From UHGV virus genome UHGV-0182465: a stretch of DNA of 57,564 bases, one strand, 5' to 3'. Origin of the DNA: a virus. Position numbers and translations under genes: made by a program. The notes under the pieces are model-generated. The model made no database searches. It was not told where the DNA came from and saw only the letters and a program-made list of their open reading frames with translations. Positions 1 to 9,163 of this stretch are shown in pieces. Positions within the stretch are counted from its first letter, which is position 1. Every line of letters starts with the position of its first letter.

Positions 1-3
1 ATA

Positions 4-1773
4 ATGACAGTTCGATTGAATAAAGTATCAATAACAAATTTCAGGTCTTGCAAATCCACCGAAGCTTTTCTAAGGCCATATACAGCATTGGTAGGTTATA
101 ATAACGCAGGTAAATCAAATGTTATATTGGCAATAAAATGGCTCTTAGATGGCTCCCTACTAAGCGATGCTGATATGTACGACCCACAAAATCCAGTGCG
201 GGTAGAGGGAATCATTGAAGGTATTACTGACGACACGCTTACGCTACTTAGCGAGGAAAATCAGCAAAAAATTGCACCATTCATCATAGATAAAACTTTG
301 AGGTTTGCAAGAAAACAGGATACAGAAGTTGGTGATGGTGGGAAGTTAAAAGTCAAAAAAACACTTGAGGTTTTTGATGGGACCACATGGAAAAAAAATC
401 CTGGTGGAATTGATGGTGCTATCTCGAATCTCTTCCCTGAGCCAATTCATATTCCTGCGATGTCTGATGCTGTAGAGGATGCAACAAAAAATAAAGCTGG
501 TACAACAATCGCAAAAATCTTAGCTGCAATTGTTAGCGAAATAAAAAAAGAATATGAAGTAAAATTCTCTGAAAATATCTCAGAAATAGGTAAGTATCTC
601 GCTCATGATGGTTCTAATAGGTTAGATGGTTTGAACAAAATCGATAGTGGCGTCAGTCAGAAAGTTAATCAGTTTTTCCCCGATGTAAGTGTGAAACTAC
701 ACTTTCCTACCCCAACTCTTGATGAAATATTTAAATCAGGGACCTTGAAAGTATTTGAGCAACGAGATGGATCCTCAATAATGCAAGACATCAGCCGATT
801 CGGTCATGGTACGCAGCGTTCAATACAGATGGCTTTGATTCAATATTTAGCTGATATTAAGAAAAGAAGCGATGATACAAAAAAATCAAATACTCTCATT
901 TTTATTGATGAACCAGAGTTATACTTACATCCATCTGCCATAAACTCTGTGAGAGAATCTCTGGTGGTTTTAAGCGATCTTGGATTCCAAGTAATCATCT
1001 CAACTCACTCGGCCAGTATGCTCTCAGCAAAACATGCCTGCAACGCTATACAGGTTTTTAAAAACTCCGAAGGTACTATAGCTCGAAAAACCATTTCGGA
1101 AAAAATACAAGAACTATATGAGGCATCATCACCACAACTTCACTCTGCATTTACCTTATCTAATTCGTCATTTTTCTTATTTTCAGAAGAAGTTTTATTA
1201 GTCGAGGGTAAAACAGAAACGAATGTTTTATGCGCACTTTATAAAAAAATTAGAAACTATGAACTCAACCCTACCAAAACAAGTATTGTAGCTGTAGACG
1301 GCAAAGGCAGCCTTTTGAAAATGGCTAATGTTATCAATTCAATAGGTATAAGAACCCGAATTCTTGCCGATTGCGATTTTCTATCAATACTACTGACGAC
1401 TTCTCACCAAGAAGTATTGAGTAGTGAATGCGATGAGTTACTCTCATCTTTAACCAATTTGTCGGACCCGCAAAGCTTGCAACTTGCCAACCCTATTATC
1501 TCTTTAGAATCATTAAAAAGTAGTTCAAGCAAAGACTTTATTAAAATCTGCAATCATCATGAGATAAAATCCTCCATCAAAAAAATTCATGATAAATTAA
1601 AAAGTGATGGGATATATATATGGAAGTCAGGGGATATTGAACAAGTATACGGATTTGGGAAAAAACAAAGAGAATGGGATAATTTATTGGATTGTTTAAG
1701 TGATGAGACAAAAGAGGTCCAGGCCATTATTAAGAACTATGATGAAATGGAAGATTTCATTTTATGGATTTGA
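4..1773 (+). CDS. OLD-family ATP-dependent endonuclease with an N-terminal ABC-type ATPase and a C-terminal TOPRIM domain; stand-alone, class-1-like, Gabija GajA-like architecture
   Basis: Walker A VGYNNAGKSNV near the N-terminus, Walker B LIFIDEPELYLHP and an H-loop QVIISTHS. The C-terminus carries TOPRIM motifs LLVEGKTE, AVDGKG and ILADCDF. The gene is AT-rich and no helicase partner follows it. Confidence 0.7.
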   Translation: MTVRLNKVSITNFRSCKSTEAFLRPYTALVGYNNAGKSNVILAIKWLLDGSLLSDADMYDPQNPVRVEGIIEGITDDTLTLLSEENQQKIAPFIIDKTLRFARKQDTEVGDGGKLKVKKTLEVFDGTTWKKNPGGIDGAISNLFPEPIHIPAMSDAVEDATKNKAGTTIAKILAAIVSEIKKEYEVKFSENISEIGKYLAHDGSNRLDGLNKIDSGVSQKVNQFFPDVSVKLHFPTPTLDEIFKSGTLKVFEQRDGSSIMQDISRFGHGTQRSIQMALIQYLADIKKRSDDTKKSNTLIFIDEPELYLHPSAINSVRESLVVLSDLGFQVIISTHSASMLSAKHACNAIQVFKNSEGTIARKTISEKIQELYEASSPQLHSAFTLSNSSFFLFSEEVLLVEGKTETNVLCALYKKIRNYELNPTKTSIVAVDGKGSLLKMANVINSIGIRTRILADCDFLSILLTTSHQEVLSSECDELLSSLTNLSDPQSLQLANPIISLESLKSSSSKDFIKICNHHEIKSSIKKIHDKLKSDGIYIWKSGDIEQVYGFGKKQREWDNLLDCLSDETKEVQAIIKNYDEMEDFILWI

Positions 1774-1993
1774 GTCTTTCTCTGACTAAATAATACGTAG
1801 TCAGGGGATAGGACAAAAAATGTTTTATCTCAACAGAACACTGTGCTCAGTGTAGAACAACTATAGTGTCCGCTCCTGGAACAGGGCTACTGTTGCAGCC
1901 CTGACAACCTTAGGCTTCAATCGATTCAGAGATCTCTAACGCATCATGTACTTCAATACCCAGATAACGGACTATGCTTTCCAGTTTATTATG

Positions 1994-3048
1994 GGCTTTG
2001 TTGAATAAATCGAACTTTAAGGAGATTGGCGGATCTGATCGCTACAGTCGTTTCAGCATCGGGTCCCCATGGCAAAGCAAAAGTTTAAAATCATCAACTG
2101 GTCAGCCTACAACAAGGCGCTCAGGCAGCGCGGTTCGCTGACGATCTGGCTTGATGAGTCTGCCATTGCTGCATGGACTGAGAGTGCACAGCCTGAAGGT
2201 CGTGGCCGACCGCTTTACTACACCGATATGGCTATTACCACGGTCCTGATGATGAAGCGCGTGTTCAACCTGCCGCTCCGGGCACTACAGGGTTTCGTTG
2301 ACTCGATTTTTAATATGATGTCTCTGCCGTTGCGCAGCCCGAACTACTCTCTGGTCAGCAAACGGGCAAAAAGCGTCAGCATCAGCATAAAAACGCCAAC
2401 CCGTGGTGAAATTTCGCACCTCGTCATTGACAGTACAGGCCTGAAAGTCTTCGGCGAAGGCGAATGGAAAGTCAGGCAGCATGGGGCTGACAGACGCAGG
2501 ATATGGCGCAAGCTTCATCTGGCCGCAGACAGTGCGACGCATGAGATTATCTGTGCCGATTTATCGCTCAGCGGCACGACGGATGCGCAGTCCCTGCCGG
2601 GACTGATAAACCAGACCCACCGGAGAATCAGGGAAGCCTCTGCCGATGGCGCTTATGACACGCGCTACTGCCATGATGCGTTGCTGAGAAAAAAGATCAG
2701 GCCGCTTATCCCGCCGCGAAGCGGTGCGCAATACTGGCCTGATAAGTACCATGAACGTAACCACGCGGTGGCGAATCAGCATCTGAGCGGCAACAATGAT
2801 GTCTGGAAAAAGAAAGTGGGTTATCACCGTCGTTCAGTGGCAGAAACAGCGATGTTCCGTATTAAAACCTTGCTGGGCGGGCATCTGAGCCTGCGGGATT
2901 ATGACGCGCAGGTGGGTGAAGCGATGGCGATGGTCAAAGCGCTGAACAGAATGACGTTGTTAGGTATGCCGCACAGCGTCCGGATCGCATAACAGGTGTA
3001 CCAACGGGAGGCATCCTGTCGGTAAACTCTGATTTATTCAACAAAGCC
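1994..3048 (+). mobile_element. IS903-like insertion sequence (IS5 family), intact, with a 9-bp target-site duplication
   Basis: Terminal inverted repeats GGCTTTGTTGAATAAATCG at 1994 and CGATTTATTCAACAAAGCC ending at 3048, total length about 1055 bp. Direct repeats TTTATTATG at 1985-1993 and 3049-3057 form the 9-bp TSD expected for IS903. Confidence 0.9.
2069..2992 (+). CDS. IS903-family DDE transposase, 307 aa
   Basis: MAKQKFKIINWSAYNKALRQRGSLTIWLDESAI... is near-identical in pattern to the IS903/IS102 transposase. It has the same length and lies between the IS terminal repeats. Confidence 0.9.
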   Translation: MAKQKFKIINWSAYNKALRQRGSLTIWLDESAIAAWTESAQPEGRGRPLYYTDMAITTVLMMKRVFNLPLRALQGFVDSIFNMMSLPLRSPNYSLVSKRAKSVSISIKTPTRGEISHLVIDSTGLKVFGEGEWKVRQHGADRRRIWRKLHLAADSATHEIICADLSLSGTTDAQSLPGLINQTHRRIREASADGAYDTRYCHDALLRKKIRPLIPPRSGAQYWPDKYHERNHAVANQHLSGNNDVWKKKVGYHRRSVAETAMFRIKTLLGGHLSLRDYDAQVGEAMAMVKALNRMTLLGMPHSVRIA

Positions 3049-3853
3049 TTTATTATGGCTCAACAGAAGTTGGATCACCCTAAGATTTTTGGTTTTCTTG
3101 TAGTTCAGGAAAGGGATTCGGTTGTATTGTCGGTTGATATGTGCTGATTAGTTCCGACCCGATACCGGGGCTAGAAGTCTTTACTGTGCAAATTGCCAAG
3201 CTTTATCAATGCAGCAACAGCTTCTCTTGTTCTTTTGGTTATCTCAAATTGCTTAGGGCTACCGGTTTTCTGTTGCAACACCGTTGCTCTGCTTGAAACC
3301 AAGCTACCATATGCCACATCAGATACTTTGAGTTTGACAAGATCACAGCCTCAAAGCTTACTGTCTAGGGCCATATTGAACAGAACTGAATCGCGCGTTT
3401 TATCTTCCAGTTCTAGACGGATTCGGATCCCCCAGATATGAAATATCTGAAGTGGTCTTTTTTGGCCGATGATACGGTCTTTGTTCCACGGTGACATGTT
3501 CATACTCAAATCTCCTGCAATGTAGGAGATTTGAGTATGGTTGTCCCTTATGAGCGAGTAGCGGGCCGCAACCGATAATGGAAACATTAGCAAACCCTAT
3601 AACATCATAGTTTTTAATGATTTATCTTGATTCCCTCCCCCGCAAGTACACCCAAAATTTTATCTAAGTAATAGATAGTGTTGTTTGGATGATAAGTTCG
3701 ATGGTTTAGTATCATAACGTGTGGAATCTGAGCTATAAAATACGCCATAATTCCACCTGTTGGAGGTGACCTTATGGCGCAATAGTCAAATAAATTCCGT
3801 TAACTGTATATAGCGAATACACATTTTAGAACACATTAGCCAACATAAGAAAA

Positions 3854-5464
3854 TCATCCTGAAATATATTCAAGAAGCTCTGCATTCGCAGCATTTTTCA
3901 TAGTCCGTGCTCTCGAAGGGCCTACTCCATATATTTTTTCAATTAGACTTTCCTCAGTATTACTATGAAGATCTTCAATTGTGTTAATGCCAACAGACTG
4001 TAATCTTTCTTTTTGCCATTTTGTGAGCGCTACTAATACGTTAATTGATTTTTTTAAGAGAGATCTTAAAGACTCCTCATATTGAAGTTCATGTTTGTTA
4101 AGAAGATTTTCACTTCCAGCATAGCTAGCATGGTTCTTGCCAAACTCAGGGAATTTTTTAACAGACAAATTTTTATAAAATTCTTTTGAGTCTAAATGTG
4201 GATTACTTTCTAAAGATAACATGCACCCATATTTTATTTCATATCTTGTTCCAAGTTCAGATCTAGTTGCTCTAACCGCGCTATCGATCTTTCTAATTAT
4301 CCCTGTATAAGTTAAAAGTCTTAAAGATTCCTTAACTGGTTCTGGTGCATCCTTATGAATCCAAAAATAAATTGTTGATTCATCTGTTCCCTTATTTCTC
4401 CGACTCTTATTATAATCTTCTACTCGAGGTATAACAGAGTTTTCCAAGAAATCTCGCCCCCAATCTATAACTTCACGATGCCCTTTGTACTTTTCCCCCA
4501 AATCAGTATGCTCTGTCCAAATTTGATTACGATAAAAGGACTTTATTGTGGAGTTAACTCCACTAGTATTTAATTTTGATAGATCTTGCAAAGTTCTCAA
4601 CAACATTCGAGGATTACCACCTGATGCCAAAGCTAACGTATTGAAAAGATCTCTTTGATTATCTATTTCTTTCTGTAGCGATTCATCTGATTGCTTAAAT
4701 ACAATATCCTTAAAATATTGAAGGTAATCTGATTCTAAAATGTTCCTTTCAAGCTTTTTGAATACACAATCATGAATTGGTTCAAAAGAGTCACCAAAGT
4801 GAGTAACTCCAGGATAAATAGCCGCATTACATGTAATATATGGTGAGCGAAGATCTTTGAATAAACTGAAGAATTGACGCTGCTGCTCAGGTCTAAATAT
4901 ATGCGCCGCTTCGTCAAAAAAGAAAATAACTCTATCTAGATTATTTTCTTCACAAATCATTTGTATTGCTTCTTTGACATCTTCTATATCAGGTAACGAT
5001 GATATATCAACAGCAGTCTTTCCTTTATAAGAATCTTCGAAAAGCCTTACGATTTCTTTCAAATTGGTTTCAATGCTTTCTTCTGAGTCACTATGCTCAT
5101 TACTGAGCAAATTAGAGGTCAAGCCTGAAACAACCATCCCCATTTTTCTAAGCTTATTAAGTAGATATTTTAATGTCTTAGCCATCATCCAATGATAAAA
5201 CTGAAGGTTATCATCAGTCGTTATCAAAGAGCTCTTGTTGAAAGGAACAAATACTGTTACGCATGCCTTATCTCCTTCTTCTAACTCTAATTCCGCAACT
5301 CTCATAAGAAATGACTTACCAGTACCCCTTGATCCTTCAAGAAGACAAGGTTCATTAGATTTCAGAGCGTCAAGAATTCCTCTGTCAGTTGAATTTACAA
5401 CAGATAAAGATAAAATATCTGATTGCTTTATGCTTTCTGTGCGTAGATAAAATTCACTCATCAT
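3854..5464 (-). CDS. P-loop NTPase (AAA+/KAP-like) with a C-terminal helix-hairpin-helix; second gene of an uncharacterised two-gene operon
   Basis: Walker A LLEGSRGTGKSFL near residue 45 and Walker B VIFFFDEAAH near residue 180. The C-terminus EKIYGVGPSRARTMKNAANAE is an HhH motif. GC is about 33 % and the gene is separated by 6 bp from the upstream gene 5471..6187. Confidence 0.6.
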   Translation of the reverse strand: MMSEFYLRTESIKQSDILSLSVVNSTDRGILDALKSNEPCLLEGSRGTGKSFLMRVAELELEEGDKACVTVFVPFNKSSLITTDDNLQFYHWMMAKTLKYLLNKLRKMGMVVSGLTSNLLSNEHSDSEESIETNLKEIVRLFEDSYKGKTAVDISSLPDIEDVKEAIQMICEENNLDRVIFFFDEAAHIFRPEQQRQFFSLFKDLRSPYITCNAAIYPGVTHFGDSFEPIHDCVFKKLERNILESDYLQYFKDIVFKQSDESLQKEIDNQRDLFNTLALASGGNPRMLLRTLQDLSKLNTSGVNSTIKSFYRNQIWTEHTDLGEKYKGHREVIDWGRDFLENSVIPRVEDYNKSRRNKGTDESTIYFWIHKDAPEPVKESLRLLTYTGIIRKIDSAVRATRSELGTRYEIKYGCMLSLESNPHLDSKEFYKNLSVKKFPEFGKNHASYAGSENLLNKHELQYEESLRSLLKKSINVLVALTKWQKERLQSVGINTIEDLHSNTEESLIEKIYGVGPSRARTMKNAANAELLEYISG

Positions 5465-5470
5465 TCATTC

Positions 5471-6187
5471 CTATGATCTACCGAATAATTCTCTAATTTT
5501 TTCTATATGATTAAAATCTTCTGGCAAGAATTGCAAAGATTCGCGCTCAGTATCATCAAAACTTTTCGCATATCTACATGTGGCTGCGAACAATATAGAT
5601 TCAGTCACGCACTGGTAATACTGACAATATTGTTCGAATAGCTCATTTTTATATATGATTTTGATACTTCCATTTATCCATGTTTCGTTGTTGCCATGAA
5701 CATACTCAGACAGCTTCCTATAAATACTTGTTGCATTTCTTCTATATATTTCGGCATCACCCACTAAATCAGGAAAAAAAGCCATAATAAATCTTTTGGA
5801 ATAAACACCATTCTCTTCATCTATTATTCTTGACCATTTAATATCCCTTCTCCCATCAAGCCATTCATGCATTTCTAATTTACTAGCTGAAAAATATATA
5901 GCTCCCAGTCCCATTTCAAGTGCAAGTCTAAGTGATGAAAATGCTTGTCTATATAAACCTACAATCAAACTATAGTTTGATGATTCTAATTGGGCACTAA
6001 CAGTTTCTAAAATTCTTTTTTCTTGAGGATCTCTCAAAACATTTGACATTTCGTATATACACGAAGACAAATGATGTAATTTACCTAGAGTCTCTTTTTG
6101 AGATATAGACTGTTCGAAGACAGTTTGGGATTCAGCATTTAATTTAGTAAAATACCCTTGAATATCCATGACCCATTTAACCTCCAA
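5471..6187 (-). CDS. Hypothetical 238-aa protein, first gene of the two-gene operon, with a possible HEPN-like Rx4-6H motif
   Basis: AT-rich ORF with no recognisable enzymatic family. The motif R-KLSEYV-H (RKLSEYVH) lies within a predicted helical region. Its stop is 6 bp upstream of the NTPase start. Confidence 0.45.
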   Translation of the reverse strand: MEVKWVMDIQGYFTKLNAESQTVFEQSISQKETLGKLHHLSSCIYEMSNVLRDPQEKRILETVSAQLESSNYSLIVGLYRQAFSSLRLALEMGLGAIYFSASKLEMHEWLDGRRDIKWSRIIDEENGVYSKRFIMAFFPDLVGDAEIYRRNATSIYRKLSEYVHGNNETWINGSIKIIYKNELFEQYCQYYQCVTESILFAATCRYAKSFDDTERESLQFLPEDFNHIEKIRELFGRS

Positions 6188-6659
6188 TTTAATTAACTCA
6201 TCGCCAAGAATAACACTAATAAGCCAACAACATCATAAGTACTATTAATTTGATTACATGATAATACAATATGAGAACGATAAAGTTAAATTTTTTTAAT
6301 CGTTTGAATTTTAAGCAATTCTTTAACCCTTAGATTATTATGTAGGTGAAAATAGTGATCACAATCAAAAAGATACCTCCTTAAAACTGTATATTAGTTA
6401 TTATTTACTGAATGAAACAACTATAACTCAGGGTGGGGACGCTCATGAATCTCCTATGAAGCTGACAGGGCGACAACTTTTGACAACTCACTCCCATCAC
6501 CACCCAACTGACTGGCTCCGCTTTGATAGGTATAGTTATGCCAACTTTGTCCGCTCTTGGTACTCAGCGGTCATCTCAGCTTTGCCTCACCCCGGAATAT
6601 TTAAACTTAGCTTTGACATCCCATACCAGCTGGTGTTGATTCCATTTTAGGTATAATCA

Positions 6660-7103
6660 TCACCTCGCCGCATTGCGCAGGCAGCGGTTACGCATTTTGG
6701 CAAGCAACCAGAGTTCGTTTGCTGTTGTAGTCATCCCAAGCACAGATGTGTAAACAGTCGCAGCCCGGCGCCACAGCTTTTTGTCTTCCAGCCTCTTCGC
6801 CAGGGACAGTGCGTCCTGGACTTTTTTCACATCCTCTTCAGATAATGGTGTTGCAGTCTGCGGCAGGGCAACATCGGGAACCTCAACGCCTGCAACCACT
6901 CGATAGACATACTGGCAGCCGTTATGGGTACGATGGAGTTTTCCCGCGGCATGGAGCTGCCGCAGCAAGTTACCTGCTGTACTGGCTTGCAAGTCCAGCG
7001 CATCGCAGACATCCTGCAAGACGCATTCTGGCGTCCGGCTAACGATGGCAAGCACCATCTGTGCTTTGGTTACTTTGGTTTTTGATTGTTTGGTCATGGT
7101 CAA
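6660..7103 (-). CDS. Hypothetical phage early protein, 147 aa, possibly winged-helix
   Basis: Last ORF of the replication operon on the minus strand, with phage-like GC content. No confident family assignment. Confidence 0.4.
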   Translation of the reverse strand: MTMTKQSKTKVTKAQMVLAIVSRTPECVLQDVCDALDLQASTAGNLLRQLHAAGKLHRTHNGCQYVYRVVAGVEVPDVALPQTATPLSEEDVKKVQDALSLAKRLEDKKLWRRAATVYTSVLGMTTTANELWLLAKMRNRCLRNAAR

Positions 7104-7110
7104 AACTCGT

Positions 7111-7830
7111 TTACTTGGTTAAACCTGCCGCCTTTCGGCGTCTGTACTCTTCCATCAGAATCTGCGCTGGCGTCGGTCCTACTGGATGTCTCGGTGCTGC
7201 CAACTGCTGACGAATTGGCGGAATCGAAAACCCGTTAGCCAGGTGTTTGGTCCATTTCGTGAGTAAGTTTTCTGCCAGTTTTTTCAGCTCTCCCTCCGTC
7301 AGGTTCCTCTCAACTCCGGTTCTGCGCATCTCAATGCAAATGTGATACAGAACATCCTGTTTCCATGGGTATTTGTCGCTGCCCGAGTATCGGTAAGACT
7401 CATTCCTCCAGCGCTTGTATTCCGCCATTACAGATTCGGATGTCAGATTGAACGGGTTAGCACCGCTGGCAGATACCAGCGCAACGAATTCAGCCAGATC
7501 CGGTGGCCATGTGTTACCCGCGGCGCAGCGCTCCATGCACTGGCGGCAGACCAGGGTAATCTGGGCATCACTCATCGATCCAATCTGGGCAATCCACATA
7601 TCCGAGGGCGCCGCCCCGTTCTTCTGGGTCCACCGGTTCGAGAATATCTCCCCCATGACCGTCCATAGCTGCCATGCCGTATCCGCCGCCAGCAAGTCCG
7701 CGTTGCTTCTCCCATAGCTCTCTGGCTTCCTGAATTTGCTGGACTGCCCGGGATGCGGTGTTAACTGATTGAATTCTTGCATTGCCGTTACCTCCGGTTG
7801 TTGGTTGTGGTTTGGATTTGGCTCTGGCAC
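7111..7830 (-). CDS. Replication protein P-like DnaB helicase loader; exact start uncertain
   Basis: The C-terminal two-thirds align with lambda P: ...AEFVALVSASGANPFNLTSESVMAEYKRWRNESYRYSGSDKYPWKQDVLYH...TEGELKKLAENLLTKW... matches lambda ...QFVAWCREEASVTAGLPNVSELVDMVYEYCRKRGLYPDAESYPWKSNAHYW...TDAELRRKAADELV.... The 5' 263 bp overlap the upstream ORF in another frame. Confidence 0.6.
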   Translation of the reverse strand: MPEPNPNHNQQPEVTAMQEFNQLTPHPGQSSKFRKPESYGRSNADLLAADTAWQLWTVMGEIFSNRWTQKNGAAPSDMWIAQIGSMSDAQITLVCRQCMERCAAGNTWPPDLAEFVALVSASGANPFNLTSESVMAEYKRWRNESYRYSGSDKYPWKQDVLYHICIEMRRTGVERNLTEGELKKLAENLLTKWTKHLANGFSIPPIRQQLAAPRHPVGPTPAQILMEEYRRRKAAGLTK

Positions 7831-8551
7831 TTATCACGCTGCGGGCAAATTTCTGCTCCCATTGAATCTGAGTGAACACTTTCCCCTCGGATTTCCAGTA
7901 CGCGGTGAACTCTGCCAGCTCTGTTGGCAGGTATGCCGGTTCGGGAAGCGCTATTCCCCAGGTAGCAGCCAGTCGCGGCCAGTCCTGTGACGGCAGCCAA
8001 AGGTCGTGCATGGCGAATTTCCCGATCGGAATATCCACTCCAGGCAGATACTGAGGTTCCTGAAAAACATTTCCCTTGTGCGCATAGAGAGTGGGGTTTG
8101 ATCCTTTTCCCTTCCCTTCCCTTCCTTTTCCGTCAGTGAGTCCTCCATGAGGATTCACTGAGTCCTCACTGAGCCCTCCTTGATTAGGAGCTCTCTTTTC
8201 TTCCTTTCCTGCCTTAGACTCAGTGAATTCTGGCGGAAGAGGTATTTTTGAGGCCGAAGGCCTGTTTATTTTTTGATGCTTAAGGAAACCTTTAATCTGC
8301 AAATAGCAGACATCATTCACTGAATACTCAATGAGTAATCCATGAGTAATCAGTTCCTGTATTAGTGGTTCGCAATCGAGCGCGTCCGCAGGGAAGATTT
8401 GCATCTTCAACCGTTTTGGCGAACGCTCAAGGCATCCCATATCGTTGGCGAAGTTGAACAACCCGATAAACAGGAGACGCGCTGGAATTGAACATTCCAC
8501 CACCTTCTCATCTGTCCAGAATTCAGGTTTAACTGTTCTGATGCGGGCCAT
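7568..8551 (-). CDS. Phage replication initiation/organiser protein with a DnaT-like (primosomal protein I) C-terminal domain, Rac YdaU-like
   Basis: The N-terminus begins MARIRTVKPEFWTDE. The C-terminal IGKFAMHDLWLPSQDWPRLAATWGIALPEPAYLPTELAEFTAYWKSEGKVFTQIQWEQKFARSV matches E. coli DnaT [63 protein letters not shown]. Confidence 0.65.
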   Translation of the reverse strand: MARIRTVKPEFWTDEKVVECSIPARLLFIGLFNFANDMGCLERSPKRLKMQIFPADALDCEPLIQELITHGLLIEYSVNDVCYLQIKGFLKHQKINRPSASKIPLPPEFTESKAGKEEKRAPNQGGLSEDSVNPHGGLTDGKGREGKGKGSNPTLYAHKGNVFQEPQYLPGVDIPIGKFAMHDLWLPSQDWPRLAATWGIALPEPAYLPTELAEFTAYWKSEGKVFTQIQWEQKFARSVISARAKSKPQPTTGGNGNARIQSVNTASRAVQQIQEARELWEKQRGLAGGGYGMAAMDGHGGDILEPVDPEERGGALGYVDCPDWIDE

Positions 8552-8602
8552 CTGAAACCTCTTATTAACCAGCTGGTGCTGGTGGTCATTGTCAAAACTC
8601 GA

Positions 8603-9163
8603 TTAGAAAAACTGCGGCGCTACGGCGCTGATGCTCGCCAGTAGTGGTCCCGCCGCATCTGCAGGGAGCATGTTAAAAAGTGCAATTGCAGCTTCCCGTA
8701 TTTCACGCTCTAGTTTCTGCAGAGGTGCGCCAAGTAACTTGGCCTGGTGCGCTTCGCTGCATTCTTTGATTGCATTGGCCACCAGCTCAGTTTCAGTTAA
8801 GCCATGTTTTAGGCCATGTTTGCGCGCGATCTCTATCGGCATTGCATCAGCGATCGCCGCCGAAAGCTGGATGACATAACTGGTGTACTTCTCTGAACCG
8901 CCCTCGTTTTTCAGGTAGCGATACAGATTTTGTTTATTGACGCTGATACCGCGCCCGTTTTGTTTCTCCCACTGTTCGGCCACCAGCTGCGCGACGTGGT
9001 CTTGCGCACGCCCAGGTAATGAGGACTCCCATTCCTGAACGGCGGCCAAAATGGCTCGGCATTTCTTGCCGTCACGCCGACGGGGCAAATACTGATTTTC
9101 CGTTTTCAGTTGCATACTCATCACCGGAGTATGATTTTCAAAAGAGGTGGTTTGCATGGTCAC
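8603..9163 (-). CDS. YdaT-like early regulatory protein (CII-position gene)
   Basis: 186 aa, directly downstream of the cro-like gene with an ATGA overlap. This matches the gene order of Rac-type immunity regions (ydaS-ydaT). Confidence 0.4.
   Translation of the reverse strand: MTMQTTSFENHTPVMSMQLKTENQYLPRRRDGKKCRAILAAVQEWESSLPGRAQDHVAQLVAEQWEKQNGRGISVNKQNLYRYLKNEGGSEKYTSYVIQLSAAIADAMPIEIARKHGLKHGLTETELVANAIKECSEAHQAKLLGAPLQKLEREIREAAIALFNMLPADAAGPLLASISAVAPQFF

Larger units (their letters stand above)
1910..3593 (-). pseudogene. Small FimB/FimE-sized tyrosine recombinase, inactivated by a TGA at the catalytic Arg, a frameshift and the IS903 insertion
   Basis: The minus strand reads ...RDSVLFNMALDSKL(TGA)GCDLVKLKVSDV...ATVLQQKTGSPKQFEITKRTREAV, which is the box I region with a stop where the catalytic Arg should be. 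The C-terminal piece ...NYKKTKNLRVIQLLLSHNK|LESIVRYLGIEVHDALEISESIEA* spans the IS with exact continuity across the TSD (rc CATAATAAA = H N K), and HxK...RY is the catalytic C-terminus. A frame change lies between the two blocks. Confidence 0.55.

Noticed and set aside
2285-2827. Minus-strand ORFs 2285..2542 and 2561..2827
   Set aside because: They are embedded antisense within the IS903 transposase gene, which accounts for the entire element.
6746-7051. ORFs 6746..7042 (+) and 6827..7051 (-) overlapping gene 6660..7103
   Set aside because: Overlapping frames within a GC-rich coding region. The longest frame is collinear with its operon and is retained instead.
8407-8595. ORF 8407..8595 (-) between the replication gene and the YdaT-like gene
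   Set aside because: It overlaps the 5' end of the replication gene in another frame and has no independent support.
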